Below are positions 54,151-64,000 of a DNA stretch of 64,000 nucleotides, piece by piece (position 1 is the first letter of the stretch; each line of letters opens with the position of its first letter). The translations under genes and the position numbers were made by a program. Origin of the DNA: a virus; IMG/VR virus record IMGVR_UViG_3300034024_000020, positions 32,001 through 96,000 of that record; one strand, given 5' to 3'. The notes under the pieces were generated by a model, which saw only the letters and a list, made by a program, of their open reading frames with translations, was not told where the DNA came from and ran no database searches.

Positions 54151-57100
54151 TATATTCTTCTCGCTCCAGTCTTCTTATTCGGACTGTTATAAACATTTAC
54201 GTTTACGTCCTCTAGGAATGTTTTTCCGTTTGCATTTGCTGCTTCTCGGAACATTCCAATTAGATTTCCTCTCTGCTCGTAAAGCAAGTCTTCGACACCC
54301 CTTGCATCCAACGCATGAATGTTGAAATTGACTGGGGGTAGTGCCCCACCCTTTTCATTATCATTCATAGGTCGAACGGACATTGGAATACCGGGCTCAA
54401 TGATCTCAGGTCCCTTCTCACCCACTGCGAAGCCAACGTTTCCATAGCCTCGTGGGAGTGATCCGCCATAGGCCGAACCTACGACAGAAAAGTTACCAGA
54501 ATTTGAACCCTGACCACGGGCGCCACGAAGATAACCAAGCTCACCGCCGACATTTTTATTATGACGTGCAACATCTACGCTGTCACCTCTCTTACCAATA
54601 GTAAGAGTTGACGGAGTAGCCGCAGCAGCAGCATTAGGAGCACTAGTGCTTTGATAGCTTGTTCCTGCGATAATTGCAAGTTGAGCCGCACCCATTGCAC
54701 CTGAAATACCAGCCATAATATAGCTAAGTGGTGGTGGAAGATTAGCTAGAGCCTGAGTGACAGCAGCCGCTGTATTGATGATGGCATTACCCATCTGGAG
54801 CTTCTTGTTAAGGTTGAATGCCTTGCGGGCAATCTGATCCTTTCTCTTTTCAAGAGATTCTAGCTTTGCCTGACTTTCGGCAGACTTACCATCCCTTCTT
54901 TGCTCCGCATTAATCTCACGATCAATGGCTTCAATTCTAGCATCGGCATTAGCACTGACGATAGAAGATATCATAGAGATTACAGAACTAACCACAGACA
55001 GTCCAGCCATGATTTTATCGCTCATAGCTACATTGTCATCACTAATCTTCTTGAATGCGGTTTCACCGACGCTAGCGATGGTTCCCATTCCTTCGGAGAA
55101 GGCGGCAACTACTTCGCCCTGTGGTCCAAGTTTTCTGAGCTCTTCTACAGTACTGGCAATACCTATTCTTACAATATCAATGCTTTCACGAACATTTGGC
55201 TTAACTGGCTGAATAAGACCAAGATCCGGAAGACTATTAAGTAGTCCACCAACATCTGATTTAGCACCAGACAATGCCGCGCCCTTCAGTACTACTTCGG
55301 GTGCTGGAGGAATTTCATTATCATTAGCAGCAGCTCGTATAGCTGAAACAACTACTTCAGTTTGCTGCTCCGTAGCTGCCACAACAGTAGCTGCTTGTGC
55401 AACACCCGCAGTAACCAACTTGTTGGCTTCTGCAATTCGTCGGTCAGTATGCAATCCGGCGGATTGCTCATATTTACGATCAATAACGGTAGCTGCGTCA
55501 CCTACGTTTCTAGTGCCCTTTAGAGCTGTTAGTGCACCCCCATATCCATCCTTAAGTTCCTTAACGATGAATCTAAGCTGCTCTTCGAAAGTTGATCCGA
55601 TAATGCTCTTACCATAAGCAGCCATAAACTTAGCTTGTCTCTCTGGGTGCCACTGTGCAAGACCGTAAGCCTTACCTCCGTCACCTCGAGGACCATTTTC
55701 CTGAAGTCTGCTTTCAACCTGTAAGTTACCTACAATACCTGCAGCTTGTTCTGCCGTTAGACCAAGTTGGGCCATGAAGTAATCCATAGCCTGTTTTGCA
55801 CGACCTGAAGCATTTACTGCTCCCGATCCTTGTGCAGAATTATTTACTAGGGTTCTTACGTCTGCTGCGATTTGACTAATGTTACTTTGAACACTTACCA
55901 TTACAGGTAGAATCTGCTTTAACTTGTCGTCAACAGCGGGTACTTCTATTGATACCTTGTTGTCATTAAATTCAGCAGTTACCTTAGGTGATGCATCAGA
56001 ACTTAACGCACCTGGTTGTGATATAGCTCTACCGGCACGCTGTGCTTGCTGGTTTCTAAGAGCGCCGCTGTATTCTGAAGCTAGTTTCTGGAATCCAGTA
56101 AGAACTTCATTTTGAGTGGTTGATGCAGATTGAATTTCAAGTCTCATAGTTTCAAGGTTTTCTCTAAGAATACCTTTAGCCATATCTCGAAGACTGTTAA
56201 TGTTGGACGCATCATCCAAAGCTGTAATAGCTGAGGTTAATTGTCTGATCTGAACACTATCTTCACCTAGTTTAGTAGTGGCCATGAGCCAGTATTTTCT
56301 AGCGTCTAATTCTTCTCGTAGAGCTATTCTCTGTGCATCTAGAAGGGCATATTCGAGGTCAATCATTGACTCTCGCAATGCTACCTCTTTAACAGCCATA
56401 TTATAAGCTTGCATCTGGTTCTCAAGCTGATGTGCAGCGTTGAGCGATTCTGATGAAGCTATATCTCTGCGCTGGAGGCTGTTCTTTTCACGAATCTGTG
56501 CGTTCTTTAACTGCACAATTTGCAATTCGCGTACTAGATCAACTTCCTTTTCTCTATACGCTAGAGCTTCTTTCTGCCAGTCTAGTCCCTCTCTTCTAGT
56601 ATCAAATACTACCTTCTCAAGAGTAGATAGTAATTGAGTACGATCTAGGAGAAGTTCCTGAAGCTCAAGAATACGTCCTCTTGATACAATTTCAGCATCA
56701 AGATTTCTTAACTCTATCTTAGCTCCTTCTGCGGATTCACCAATACTTTCTGCTCGATTCTTATCTGATTCATGAACAGCGCGTCTAAACTTAATTTCTT
56801 CTAGACGGTTTGTGTGTTCTACACGTAATTTGTCCTTTTGCTCCTGAGTTCCTCTCTGAAGCAATTCAATTTCAGTACTTAGGTCTTCAACACTACCCTC
56901 AGAAATCTTTCTAAGCTTTATCTGAATGTTGGAAATAGCGTTAAGGGCTTCTGCTTGCTCACGTAGAAGGTCTACGTACTTCTGAGTTACCTCATAGTCT
57001 TTTTGCATAGCGCGTGCTTCTTTTTGTGCACGATCCAAATTAGCTGCAAGAATAGCGCTAACCTCATTTCTAAGATTAGTGATAGAAGCTCTACCAGCAT

Positions 57101-60100
57101 CTGAAGCCATCTTAATCTCGTCGAGATTAAGTTGAATTTGCTCCATACCTAGTTTGTAGCTAGGATCTTCTAGTACTTCTGTGAAGCTGATTAGACTGCT
57201 TTGTAGCTGATCCAATCTCTCCTTATTCTTCTCTTCTCTTGCTTTTTCAATTTGATAAGCTCTACGATCGGCTGCTGCCTGCATAGTCTTCAAGAATAGA
57301 GTTGCTTTTTCAATCTCTACTTGCTTTAGCTTAGACTCATTTTGAGCAATGATGTTCTCATGCAGCGTAATTTCTAGGTTTAGACGCTGTACCTGTAGGT
57401 CGCGCGCCTTCTCCTCCTGAGCATATTGCTCAAGAAGCCCCTTTCCATTAAGAGCATAAATACCCTGAATAGTTGATAGCTGTGCCTGACGCAGTTTTAG
57501 TTGACCCTCAAGAACACGTGACTGCTCCTGAAGTTGCTGAGTCATTTTTGCGCCATCAATTAGGCCTCGACGTACTGCTACTTCCATTTGAGAGGCAGCT
57601 GTTCGTCTTTCCTCATATGCACTTTTTAGTCTGTTGTTATCACCGGCGTCTCTTCTAGGACCTTTAATTTCTAGAGCTTTGATCTCTGTGTCAATCTTTC
57701 TGAACTCGTTTACAGTTTCTCTAACATTCGGATTAAGAATGTTCTGAAGCTGTGAACCAATTCCTGAAAGTTGTCCTAGATAATCACGAGCATCGATGAC
57801 TCCGTTACGGAAGTCTATATTTAGCTGACGTACGGCAAAGTTAGCTTGCTGAGTACCCTCAGCAAGTTGATCGAATGGAGTGCTCATAACGGATGATCTA
57901 ATAAAATCAGCCGCTGCTCTATCAGCATTAACAAATGCTTCTTCAAGTCTAACTACACTCTTTTGAGCCTTGTCATGCTTTTCATCCATCTTGTCAATGA
58001 CGTTGTTAGCATATTCAAGTCTCTTGGCATAATTAGCCGCCTTAATTTGTGCAGGACCCCCCATTTCGTCGACAAAGGTTTTGAAGCCTTTAGGGTCAAG
58101 TCTAGATAGAGCACTCAATTGTTGAATGAGTGCCTTACCTTCTTTGTCATCAGACTTTTGCATCATAGTGCCGAAGCTACCTAGTGCTAAGTCATCCGCT
58201 GGTAGTCCGGTTCTCTTACTAGCAGTGTAGTCACTGATATCATCTGGGTCCCTCTGAACTAGACGTGTCTTACCATTTACTTTCTTTTCGACCATATTAC
58301 TGCGGAGATACTTTTCTCTAAAGCTAGTCTTATTTTCCAATTTCTCTGCATTAGCATCGGCCTCTAGCATAGCTTTACGGGCTTCTGCTAGAGTTCTGTA
58401 CGCCCCTACAGTCTCCATGATAGCGTTACTTTGAACTTTAATAGCCGCAGAGGATCGTTGAGACGCAGAAGCCATAGAGTTTTGCACTCTATTATATTCT
58501 TCTACGTACTCTCCGGTCTTCTGTAGAAGAGTGTTATACTCTTCTAGCTTCTTATTATATTCCTCTTGCGCGGGAGTTACCTTGTTGAACCAATTATATA
58601 CCAGTCCACCCAAAGTAATGAAGATACCAATATACGGTAGGAAACGAAGGAAAGCTGCTGCGGCAAATTGTACAGAATTACCTACGGCGAAGATAGCCTT
58701 AGACATGAAGCCTGTTGGTTTACCAGCCTTATCTGTAGTCTCGCCGAAGTCACTGATGCTGTCCTTGAGCTCTAGAAGACCTCCAAGTACACTTCCGCTA
58801 CTTGCTTCTGCGATAGCGTTAGCAGCGCCCTCTTTAGCGGCTGCTCTACCAGATGCGCTTTGAAGTTCGTTTAGAGATGACTTAGCCTTAACAACTCGAG
58901 CGTAATCCTTATCGTAAAGCTTTTGGTCTCTACGAGAGTTACTAGGATCACTTCTGAGGAAGTCTGCGTCTTCTAGCTCCTGGTTAAGAGCAGCCTGAGC
59001 CTTAGCAAAGTCACGCATAGTGGCCTTACCCTTCTCAAACTTCTTAAATACAGTATTGTATGCAGGACCCAAATCGGTTCCTGCTTTAGCAGCTTTAGCG
59101 GAGGCAAGTGCCATTGCATGCATGCCTTCGGCAGCTTTCAACGCCTTACCGGAGATGTTACTCAATCCTGGAATAAGCTGACTAGAAATTGTGCTAGCTA
59201 GCAGAAGCATAAGGCCGACGAGACCAGTCTTAGATTCCGCAAAGAGTGCTGCTAGTGGCTTAGCAATTACATTAACCGCTCCGAAGATATCTTTTACAAG
59301 ATCGGCAAAGGTAGCTGCTAGCTTATCGAAGGCGGTACTGTCTCCAGCAGCCTTTGATAGACCACCAAACTTAAGCTCACCTTCAGCAAGAACCGCATTC
59401 ATGAAACCTTGACGCTTCTCGAATGAAGTAAGCTGACTCTCGCTCTTACCAATAGAACGAGCATAGTTTACGTTAGATTCTGTAAGCTTGGTCATAATAC
59501 CAAGTTCGTCGAGAAGTTCGGGTTCAAGCTTAACGATACCACGAGTCAAACGATCCATGGAGTCTTGCATGTTACGACCTAGAGCGAAGGATACGTCCTT
59601 AGCTACTAGAGTCATTCTTTCTAGTTCTTTTGTCTTAAATCCGCCAGCCATGAACTGAGCAGTAGAACGCATTGCTTGCTCAGCACTAAGCATGTCGCCG
59701 CTCAATGCTTTAACTCGCATAGCAGTCATGTCTAATGCTCTACCGGTACGAGTACCAGCAGCTGTAAGTCCGTTAAGTACCTGCTCGACCTGAGCAGCAC
59801 TTCTTAAAGCATTAAAAGCAGCAGTAACAGCGAAGATGTTAGCGGCTAGTGTAGCGTACGCACCAACGAGGCCACCGCCCCCACTACCAATAGTTTCTGC
59901 TAACTTAGAGAAACTTTTGGTAGAGTTGGCGGTGCCAATTACACCCTTTGATTGTGTGCTGTGCAAGTCTCGCGCAGCTCTAGTAGCGTCACGATTAGCT
60001 GCTGCGTTATCTCGTAGACTGCGGCCGATGCCTTGGAGACCATCTTTGACCCCCTTAAGACCTCGACTACTAATATCTACGACATATTTGACTATACTGC

Positions 60101-60107
60101 CTGCCAT
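54150..60107 (-). CDS. tape measure protein with tail-lysozyme domain
   Basis: 1985 aa, helical; EPELLDELGI; AAGIVGNLQVES...GLAQW. Confidence 0.92.
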   Translation of the reverse strand: MAGSIVKYVVDISSRGLKGVKDGLQGIGRSLRDNAAANRDATRAARDLHSTQSKGVIGTANSTKSFSKLAETIGSGGGGLVGAYATLAANIFAVTAAFNALRSAAQVEQVLNGLTAAGTRTGRALDMTAMRVKALSGDMLSAEQAMRSTAQFMAGGFKTKELERMTLVAKDVSFALGRNMQDSMDRLTRGIVKLEPELLDELGIMTKLTESNVNYARSIGKSESQLTSFEKRQGFMNAVLAEGELKFGGLSKAAGDSTAFDKLAATFADLVKDIFGAVNVIAKPLAALFAESKTGLVGLMLLLASTISSQLIPGLSNISGKALKAAEGMHAMALASAKAAKAGTDLGPAYNTVFKKFEKGKATMRDFAKAQAALNQELEDADFLRSDPSNSRRDQKLYDKDYARVVKAKSSLNELQSASGRAAAKEGAANAIAEASSGSVLGGLLELKDSISDFGETTDKAGKPTGFMSKAIFAVGNSVQFAAAAFLRFLPYIGIFITLGGLVYNWFNKVTPAQEEYNKKLEEYNTLLQKTGEYVEEYNRVQNSMASASQRSSAAIKVQSNAIMETVGAYRTLAEARKAMLEADANAEKLENKTSFREKYLRSNMVEKKVNGKTRLVQRDPDDISDYTASKRTGLPADDLALGSFGTMMQKSDDKEGKALIQQLSALSRLDPKGFKTFVDEMGGPAQIKAANYAKRLEYANNVIDKMDEKHDKAQKSVVRLEEAFVNADRAAADFIRSSVMSTPFDQLAEGTQQANFAVRQLNIDFRNGVIDARDYLGQLSGIGSQLQNILNPNVRETVNEFRKIDTEIKALEIKGPRRDAGDNNRLKSAYEERRTAASQMEVAVRRGLIDGAKMTQQLQEQSRVLEGQLKLRQAQLSTIQGIYALNGKGLLEQYAQEEKARDLQVQRLNLEITLHENIIAQNESKLKQVEIEKATLFLKTMQAAADRRAYQIEKAREEKNKERLDQLQSSLISFTEVLEDPSYKLGMEQIQLNLDEIKMASDAGRASITNLRNEVSAILAANLDRAQKEARAMQKDYEVTQKYVDLLREQAEALNAISNIQIKLRKISEGSVEDLSTEIELLQRGTQEQKDKLRVEHTNRLEEIKFRRAVHESDKNRAESIGESAEGAKIELRNLDAEIVSRGRILELQELLLDRTQLLSTLEKVVFDTRREGLDWQKEALAYREKEVDLVRELQIVQLKNAQIREKNSLQRRDIASSESLNAAHQLENQMQAYNMAVKEVALRESMIDLEYALLDAQRIALREELDARKYWLMATTKLGEDSVQIRQLTSAITALDDASNINSLRDMAKGILRENLETMRLEIQSASTTQNEVLTGFQKLASEYSGALRNQQAQRAGRAISQPGALSSDASPKVTAEFNDNKVSIEVPAVDDKLKQILPVMVSVQSNISQIAADVRTLVNNSAQGSGAVNASGRAKQAMDYFMAQLGLTAEQAAGIVGNLQVESRLQENGPRGDGGKAYGLAQWHPERQAKFMAAYGKSIIGSTFEEQLRFIVKELKDGYGGALTALKGTRNVGDAATVIDRKYEQSAGLHTDRRIAEANKLVTAGVAQAATVVAATEQQTEVVVSAIRAAANDNEIPPAPEVVLKGAALSGAKSDVGGLLNSLPDLGLIQPVKPNVRESIDIVRIGIASTVEELRKLGPQGEVVAAFSEGMGTIASVGETAFKKISDDNVAMSDKIMAGLSVVSSVISMISSIVSANADARIEAIDREINAEQRRDGKSAESQAKLESLEKRKDQIARKAFNLNKKLQMGNAIINTAAAVTQALANLPPPLSYIMAGISGAMGAAQLAIIAGTSYQSTSAPNAAAAATPSTLTIGKRGDSVDVARHNKNVGGELGYLRGARGQGSNSGNFSVVGSAYGGSLPRGYGNVGFAVGEKGPEIIEPGIPMSVRPMNDNEKGGALPPVNFNIHALDARGVEDLLYEQRGNLIGMFREAANANGKTFLEDVNVNVYNSPNKKTGARRI

Positions 60108-60391
60108 TATTTCCTATTTTTCAGCTTTTCGCGCTCCCGCTTCATTGCTTGTGCGGATTTTTCTATAACAGTTTGATCTAACCGGATTAGAGTTTCCAGA
60201 AAGACCTCTTTATTCTCAATATTTGATACCTCTATATGAAACGGTAAAGCCGTATAGTCCTTACCTAAATAACCCACATCAGCTACTATTCTATCGGAGA
60301 GCTTACCAAAGATCACTATGGCCATTTGAACATCGTGGGGGAAGTCGTCTAAATCGGGCGGCATACGCCTAGGATCAGGTTCTTCCTCCAT
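60107..60391 (-). CDS. tail assembly chaperone, C-terminal part (frame open to about 60500)
   Basis: position before TMP; upstream in-frame KERYLLLCEQ. Confidence 0.7.
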   Translation of the reverse strand: MEEEPDPRRMPPDLDDFPHDVQMAIVIFGKLSDRIVADVGYLGKDYTALPFHIEVSNIENKEVFLETLIRLDQTVIEKSAQAMKREREKLKNRK

Positions 60392-60440
60392 TTGCTCACA
60401 TAGTAATAAATAGCGCTCTTTGGTTTCTCCGTTTTCAATA

Positions 60441-60887
60441 TTACGCTGCCACTTCTCCAGCCGGTTCCACAGTTCTTCCTTCTGGCTGTGTACGAAAGTT
60501 ATCTAGATCAAAGACTACCTCGTTGAGCCATGTATCGAAGTCAGATGAATTAGCTACTAGTAGCTCTGCATCTTCCGTTGAGAATGGGACTTCCTCTTCT
60601 GGATCAATTCCTGAAATTTCTACAGGCATCAATCTTTCTAGATACTTGTACTTGAGACCCTTCCAGTTTTTAACTGTAGCTCTAGTGAAGAGACTGATGA
60701 ACTTATCATCATCAAGGACCTGCTCGGCACCTTCTCCTCTCTTGAACTTAGTGGTCATGCAACGCTTACGTAGAGCAATTAGCTCTGGACGTGCTAGAGT
60801 GGCTACTTCTACTTTGAATCCGGTGAAACCCGGAAAATCGACCCAAGCTGACTTTGTGTCAACCATTAACTTACTTAAAACGCTCAT
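60441..60887 (-). CDS. tail assembly chaperone
   Basis: position; VKNWKGL motif. Confidence 0.78.
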   Translation of the reverse strand: MSVLSKLMVDTKSAWVDFPGFTGFKVEVATLARPELIALRKRCMTTKFKRGEGAEQVLDDDKFISLFTRATVKNWKGLKYKYLERLMPVEISGIDPEEEVPFSTEDAELLVANSSDFDTWLNEVVFDLDNFRTQPEGRTVEPAGEVAA

Positions 60888-60896
60888 TTTTACTCC

Positions 60897-61811
60897 TTAA
60901 AGATAGGTAGTGATTAGATTTCGAAGATTGGCAGGTGTTGCATTGACTCTTAAGTCATAAAACTGTAAAAATGCATCCTGTGTATCCAATCTGTTAGTAA
61001 ACACTACAGATGGTAGATTACAATCGAATGAATAGGTATTCAAACTATTTCCAACTCTTACTCTAAAAGAGGCAGTTGTAGACCATGTTTGTAGGTTTGC
61101 CCTGTTTTCGTCTGTAACATATTGCTGAACTGTGCCTGATAAGGTTTTACTAGACACGACAAAAGCCTCCGGATACGTAGTATCGGAAGCCCCAGTAACA
61201 TATAGCGATGAGTGGATGGTATTGTTTTCAATCCATTGAACCTCATTTTTAAGTTCAATAGTTACAGAAGTAATATTCTTCAATTCAACACCGTTTAACT
61301 GCACTAGCATGTAATTTGGTAGGATAATACTAGAGTTAGGAACGGTGTCTAATGTCTGCAATACACCGGGAATGGCTGTTCCGCTAGCTCCGAACCTTGT
61401 AAGCCTACTTAATGTTCCTGAGATGGACATTGTTGGGATTTGATTCTTTACTAACTGAATGATGCCACTTTCGGCTACAGACTTTTTAAGTAGAAATATT
61501 TCTGTTCCTGTATCAACATACACATCAACAGCATATAAGCTATTGGCTGGGTTTGATAGAAGCCAATCAAGTAACGTACTTGTATTTGGACCTCTATTTA
61601 GAGGCGCTGACAAATTAAAATTACCTGGATTAGCTTTGTTGATTACTGCTCTCTCGAAATAGTCGAGCGGTCCATGAAGCGTTTTTACGTTACTAGACTT
61701 CTCTTCGAATGTTTGGGAGAATGAGATATCAGAATTGATTTCTATCTTAAACTTGAGATTGTCAAAGACTAGGTAAACTTTTGCGTCTTTTTTAAAGTTA
61801 TACGAAGCCAT
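60897..61811 (-). CDS. minor tail/baseplate tube protein (T5 p140-like)
   Basis: resembles tail tube protein (SFSQT); synteny. Confidence 0.72.
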   Translation of the reverse strand: MASYNFKKDAKVYLVFDNLKFKIEINSDISFSQTFEEKSSNVKTLHGPLDYFERAVINKANPGNFNLSAPLNRGPNTSTLLDWLLSNPANSLYAVDVYVDTGTEIFLLKKSVAESGIIQLVKNQIPTMSISGTLSRLTRFGASGTAIPGVLQTLDTVPNSSIILPNYMLVQLNGVELKNITSVTIELKNEVQWIENNTIHSSLYVTGASDTTYPEAFVVSSKTLSGTVQQYVTDENRANLQTWSTTASFRVRVGNSLNTYSFDCNLPSVVFTNRLDTQDAFLQFYDLRVNATPANLRNLITTYL

Positions 61812-61869
61812 TGCAATTCCTCAGATACAGAAGAGGGGACAAATTTTGCCCCCTCTCCCATGTTCTTAC

Positions 61870-61903
61870 ATTATAGATAATGTGATGCTAAAAGTCAAGA
61901 ACT
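61870..61903 (-). promoter_or_regulatory. phage sigma70-type promoter within the tail region
   Basis: minus strand AGTTC-TTGACT-N17-TATAAT. Confidence 0.82.
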
Positions 61904-61907
61904 AAAT

Positions 61908-63110
61908 TTACGCTGGTGCAACACCGACGTAACGAATAGCATCAACCTCATTAGCAGAACTAATGCTGGTTGGAAGTGCTGAGAAGTCCACGGACAGAGA
62001 GATAACATCAGCGTTATCGTGTGTTGGGACTGTCAAGTGCACATTCGGGAAGCTAAACTCAATACCAGGTCCTCGCGGTCTGTCTCCCGCAGGGTCTTTA
62101 CCACCTACGTAGAACTTGACTGAGAAGCTGTTACGAACAGCATTTGTAGCAGCTGCAACATCCTCGAATAGGTCCATACTTCCGTTTGTCTTGTTATCTA
62201 GATAAGCGGTCATTGAACCTCCGATTGTTCTAGCACCAGTGATGTGACCAAGTGGAGAGTTAACTCTACCTAGAACTTCTGGAGTTAGATAATCGAGGTT
62301 GTTGGTGAAGGTAATGGTACCACCGGTTAGAGTAATAGCATATGCCTTCGCGTCACTGTTACGAACAAGAGCCACCTGAGTGAGCTTGTTACGAATGAAT
62401 GTGTTGGTTGAGTCAACAGCAGTACGAATAGCAGCACTTGCATCGAACGCAGCAAGTTCTTCTCGTACGCGTGAACCCATACCTGACCAGCTAAGAGTTG
62501 CAATACCATCAATATCGAAGGTAATGCTGACCTCATTAATTGAGCATGAATTCAAACGGTAGATGGCGGTATCGCCGTCTAGTTCGTAGTTAGCGTCTGG
62601 AGCGTTGTTCGCACCTAATACAAAGACCAGATCGAAGGTTCCGAGAGTCAGAGTGTTAGAGTTATCGAAAGTTACATCCATATTGGTTGTACCGGTACGT
62701 ACAATCGGTGAACGACTACCTGCGAATGCTGCGTTAGCAGCTGGTGTATAGGTTGGCAGTGCAGGAGCAACACCTGGTGTTACTGTTGCATCGGCCACGA
62801 AGTTGGCCCAGAGGACCTCTTCAATTGCACCATGTGTAAGTGCACCCGCTGTACCTGAAGTAAACGGACGAACATAAGTGTCAAAGCTCCATTCCGCGGG
62901 TGCCACAGAATCTGTGAACATAGCGCGACCACGACGGCTCGCATTAGTTGAGTCCGCCATTTCTGAAAGTGTAATTTCAGAAGTATTTGTAGTCTGACTG
63001 AATGCATAACCACCGAGAATTGGAATTTCCCACATGTTAGCCCCGTCCACCATGTATACTTTAGTATCTCTATTAAAGTATAGGTTCGGGTCGGTGTTTG
63101 CTACTACCAT
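61908..63110 (-). CDS. major tail tube protein (pb6-like)
   Basis: FSQT, PAEWSFDTYVRP, FDIDGIA..W.G, LTPE.LG.VN. Confidence 0.88.
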   Translation of the reverse strand: MVVANTDPNLYFNRDTKVYMVDGANMWEIPILGGYAFSQTTNTSEITLSEMADSTNASRRGRAMFTDSVAPAEWSFDTYVRPFTSGTAGALTHGAIEEVLWANFVADATVTPGVAPALPTYTPAANAAFAGSRSPIVRTGTTNMDVTFDNSNTLTLGTFDLVFVLGANNAPDANYELDGDTAIYRLNSCSINEVSITFDIDGIATLSWSGMGSRVREELAAFDASAAIRTAVDSTNTFIRNKLTQVALVRNSDAKAYAITLTGGTITFTNNLDYLTPEVLGRVNSPLGHITGARTIGGSMTAYLDNKTNGSMDLFEDVAAATNAVRNSFSVKFYVGGKDPAGDRPRGPGIEFSFPNVHLTVPTHDNADVISLSVDFSALPTSISSANEVDAIRYVGVAPA

Positions 63111-63174
63111 TAATTTCTCCTACTATCCTTGAAAAGACCGTAGCTGTGAACATTTGTTCTTGCTTGATATTTTC

Positions 63175-63621
63175 TTAGTAATGTACTTGGAGTAGGATTT
63201 CGCCTACGCCGAGAGGGTCTAAAACCCCCTCATCTGTATCTATGCTCACGATAGTAATATCGTGTGTGAATTGTACGGCTCCTCGAGAATCTTGGTAAGC
63301 CAACCTGCCGTTTTCTTCAATTACGGTTTCAATATCCTCGAGGAGCCTTTCTAGCGCAGCTACAGGGTCTTCGTCTTTAACGTAGACCCGGACAGTTACC
63401 GAAAGGTAACGATCCTTATATCCGCCCGCTTGATATTGTCTTCTCTCCATTCCTGTGGCGATATGAACAGCTGGAAACTGCTCTACCTCATCCCAGAACT
63501 GAAGCTTAGGAAGAATGTTATTATCTAAATCAGTAAGGTAATCCCCACTTCCATCAATTTCTTTTAACTTTTCGGACAGTGCGTTAACAATAGCCGAACG
63601 TCTAGTTGTATATTGCCGCAC
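63175..63621 (-). CDS. tail terminator protein
   Basis: synteny; IDTDEG.L.PLG.GE. Confidence 0.78.
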   Translation of the reverse strand: MRQYTTRRSAIVNALSEKLKEIDGSGDYLTDLDNNILPKLQFWDEVEQFPAVHIATGMERRQYQAGGYKDRYLSVTVRVYVKDEDPVAALERLLEDIETVIEENGRLAYQDSRGAVQFTHDITIVSIDTDEGVLDPLGVGEILLQVHY

Positions 63622-63999
63622 TTAAACTCTCCTTGTGTAGAATCTAGAAATACCCGCTTGTGTAGCTAATTGTCTAACAGACAAATCGACTAAAGCTTTT
63701 GGGTCCCTACCTGGCTTATTCCAGGGCTGTCTACCTTTTTGTCTATCAAAAATATCATAAGGAGCTTTTTGATAAGTATATCCAATACTAGGGAATCCTT
63801 GAGCCGTTGGTGTTACATCTACAACTCTTGTACTTTCTGCAAATCTACCTGTTCTATTTCTAAGCCTAGGAGCGACCATGTTTGATCGCACTTGTTCAGG
63901 CAATCTCTTATTAATGAAATTCATAAGAGATATGTAGCTTACATCAGCTGTTGGAGGCTTACGCTTTAAAGCTGGTGAAGGCTTTAATTTAACCCTCAT
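63622..63999 (-). CDS. tail completion protein, probably 5'-truncated
   Basis: LRNRTGRFAES; at window edge. Confidence 0.65.
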   Translation of the reverse strand: MRVKLKPSPALKRKPPTADVSYISLMNFINKRLPEQVRSNMVAPRLRNRTGRFAESTRVVDVTPTAQGFPSIGYTYQKAPYDIFDRQKGRQPWNKPGRDPKALVDLSVRQLATQAGISRFYTRRV

Positions 64000-64000
64000 A

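Noticed and set aside
22000-64000. Short antisense or alternate-frame ORFs nested in replication and tail genes
   Set aside because: Shadow ORFs of long well-supported genes; no motifs
1-64000. CRISPR array, integrase or IS element
   Set aside because: No regularly spaced direct repeats or recombinase/transposase motifs; the recurring motif is the promoter

Overview
A 64-kb segment of a lytic T5-like siphophage genome (Demerecviridae-like gene order). Host is probably an alphaproteobacterium such as a sphingomonad; this is inferred only from the style of its membrane and secreted proteins. The + strand holds: nucleotide/accessory genes (denV-like, thyX, speD; 1-3.6 kb); an RNA-gene region (about 3.8-17.2 kb) with about 42 tRNA or tRNA-like genes covering all 20 amino acids, a GOLLD-like ~850-nt RNA containing a tRNA, and more than 15 small structured RNAs (several CCA-ended, one an SRP helix-8 look-alike) interleaved with tiny membrane peptides, an IF3-C-domain gene and a YkuK-like nuclease; an accessory operon (phosphoesterase, two WxSSSxxC-tailed proteins, NTase-like protein, RlmN-like radical SAM, MazG-like); and the T5-type replication block (D3, split NAD ligase, D5, helicase, primase, PolA, D10-D15, class II RNR). 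The - strand (42.8-64 kb) holds lysis and tail genes. Thirteen near-identical sigma70 promoters (AGTTC-TTGAC[A/T]-N17-TATAAT) are visible. All calls come from manual reading and hand folding; no database search or folding program was run.
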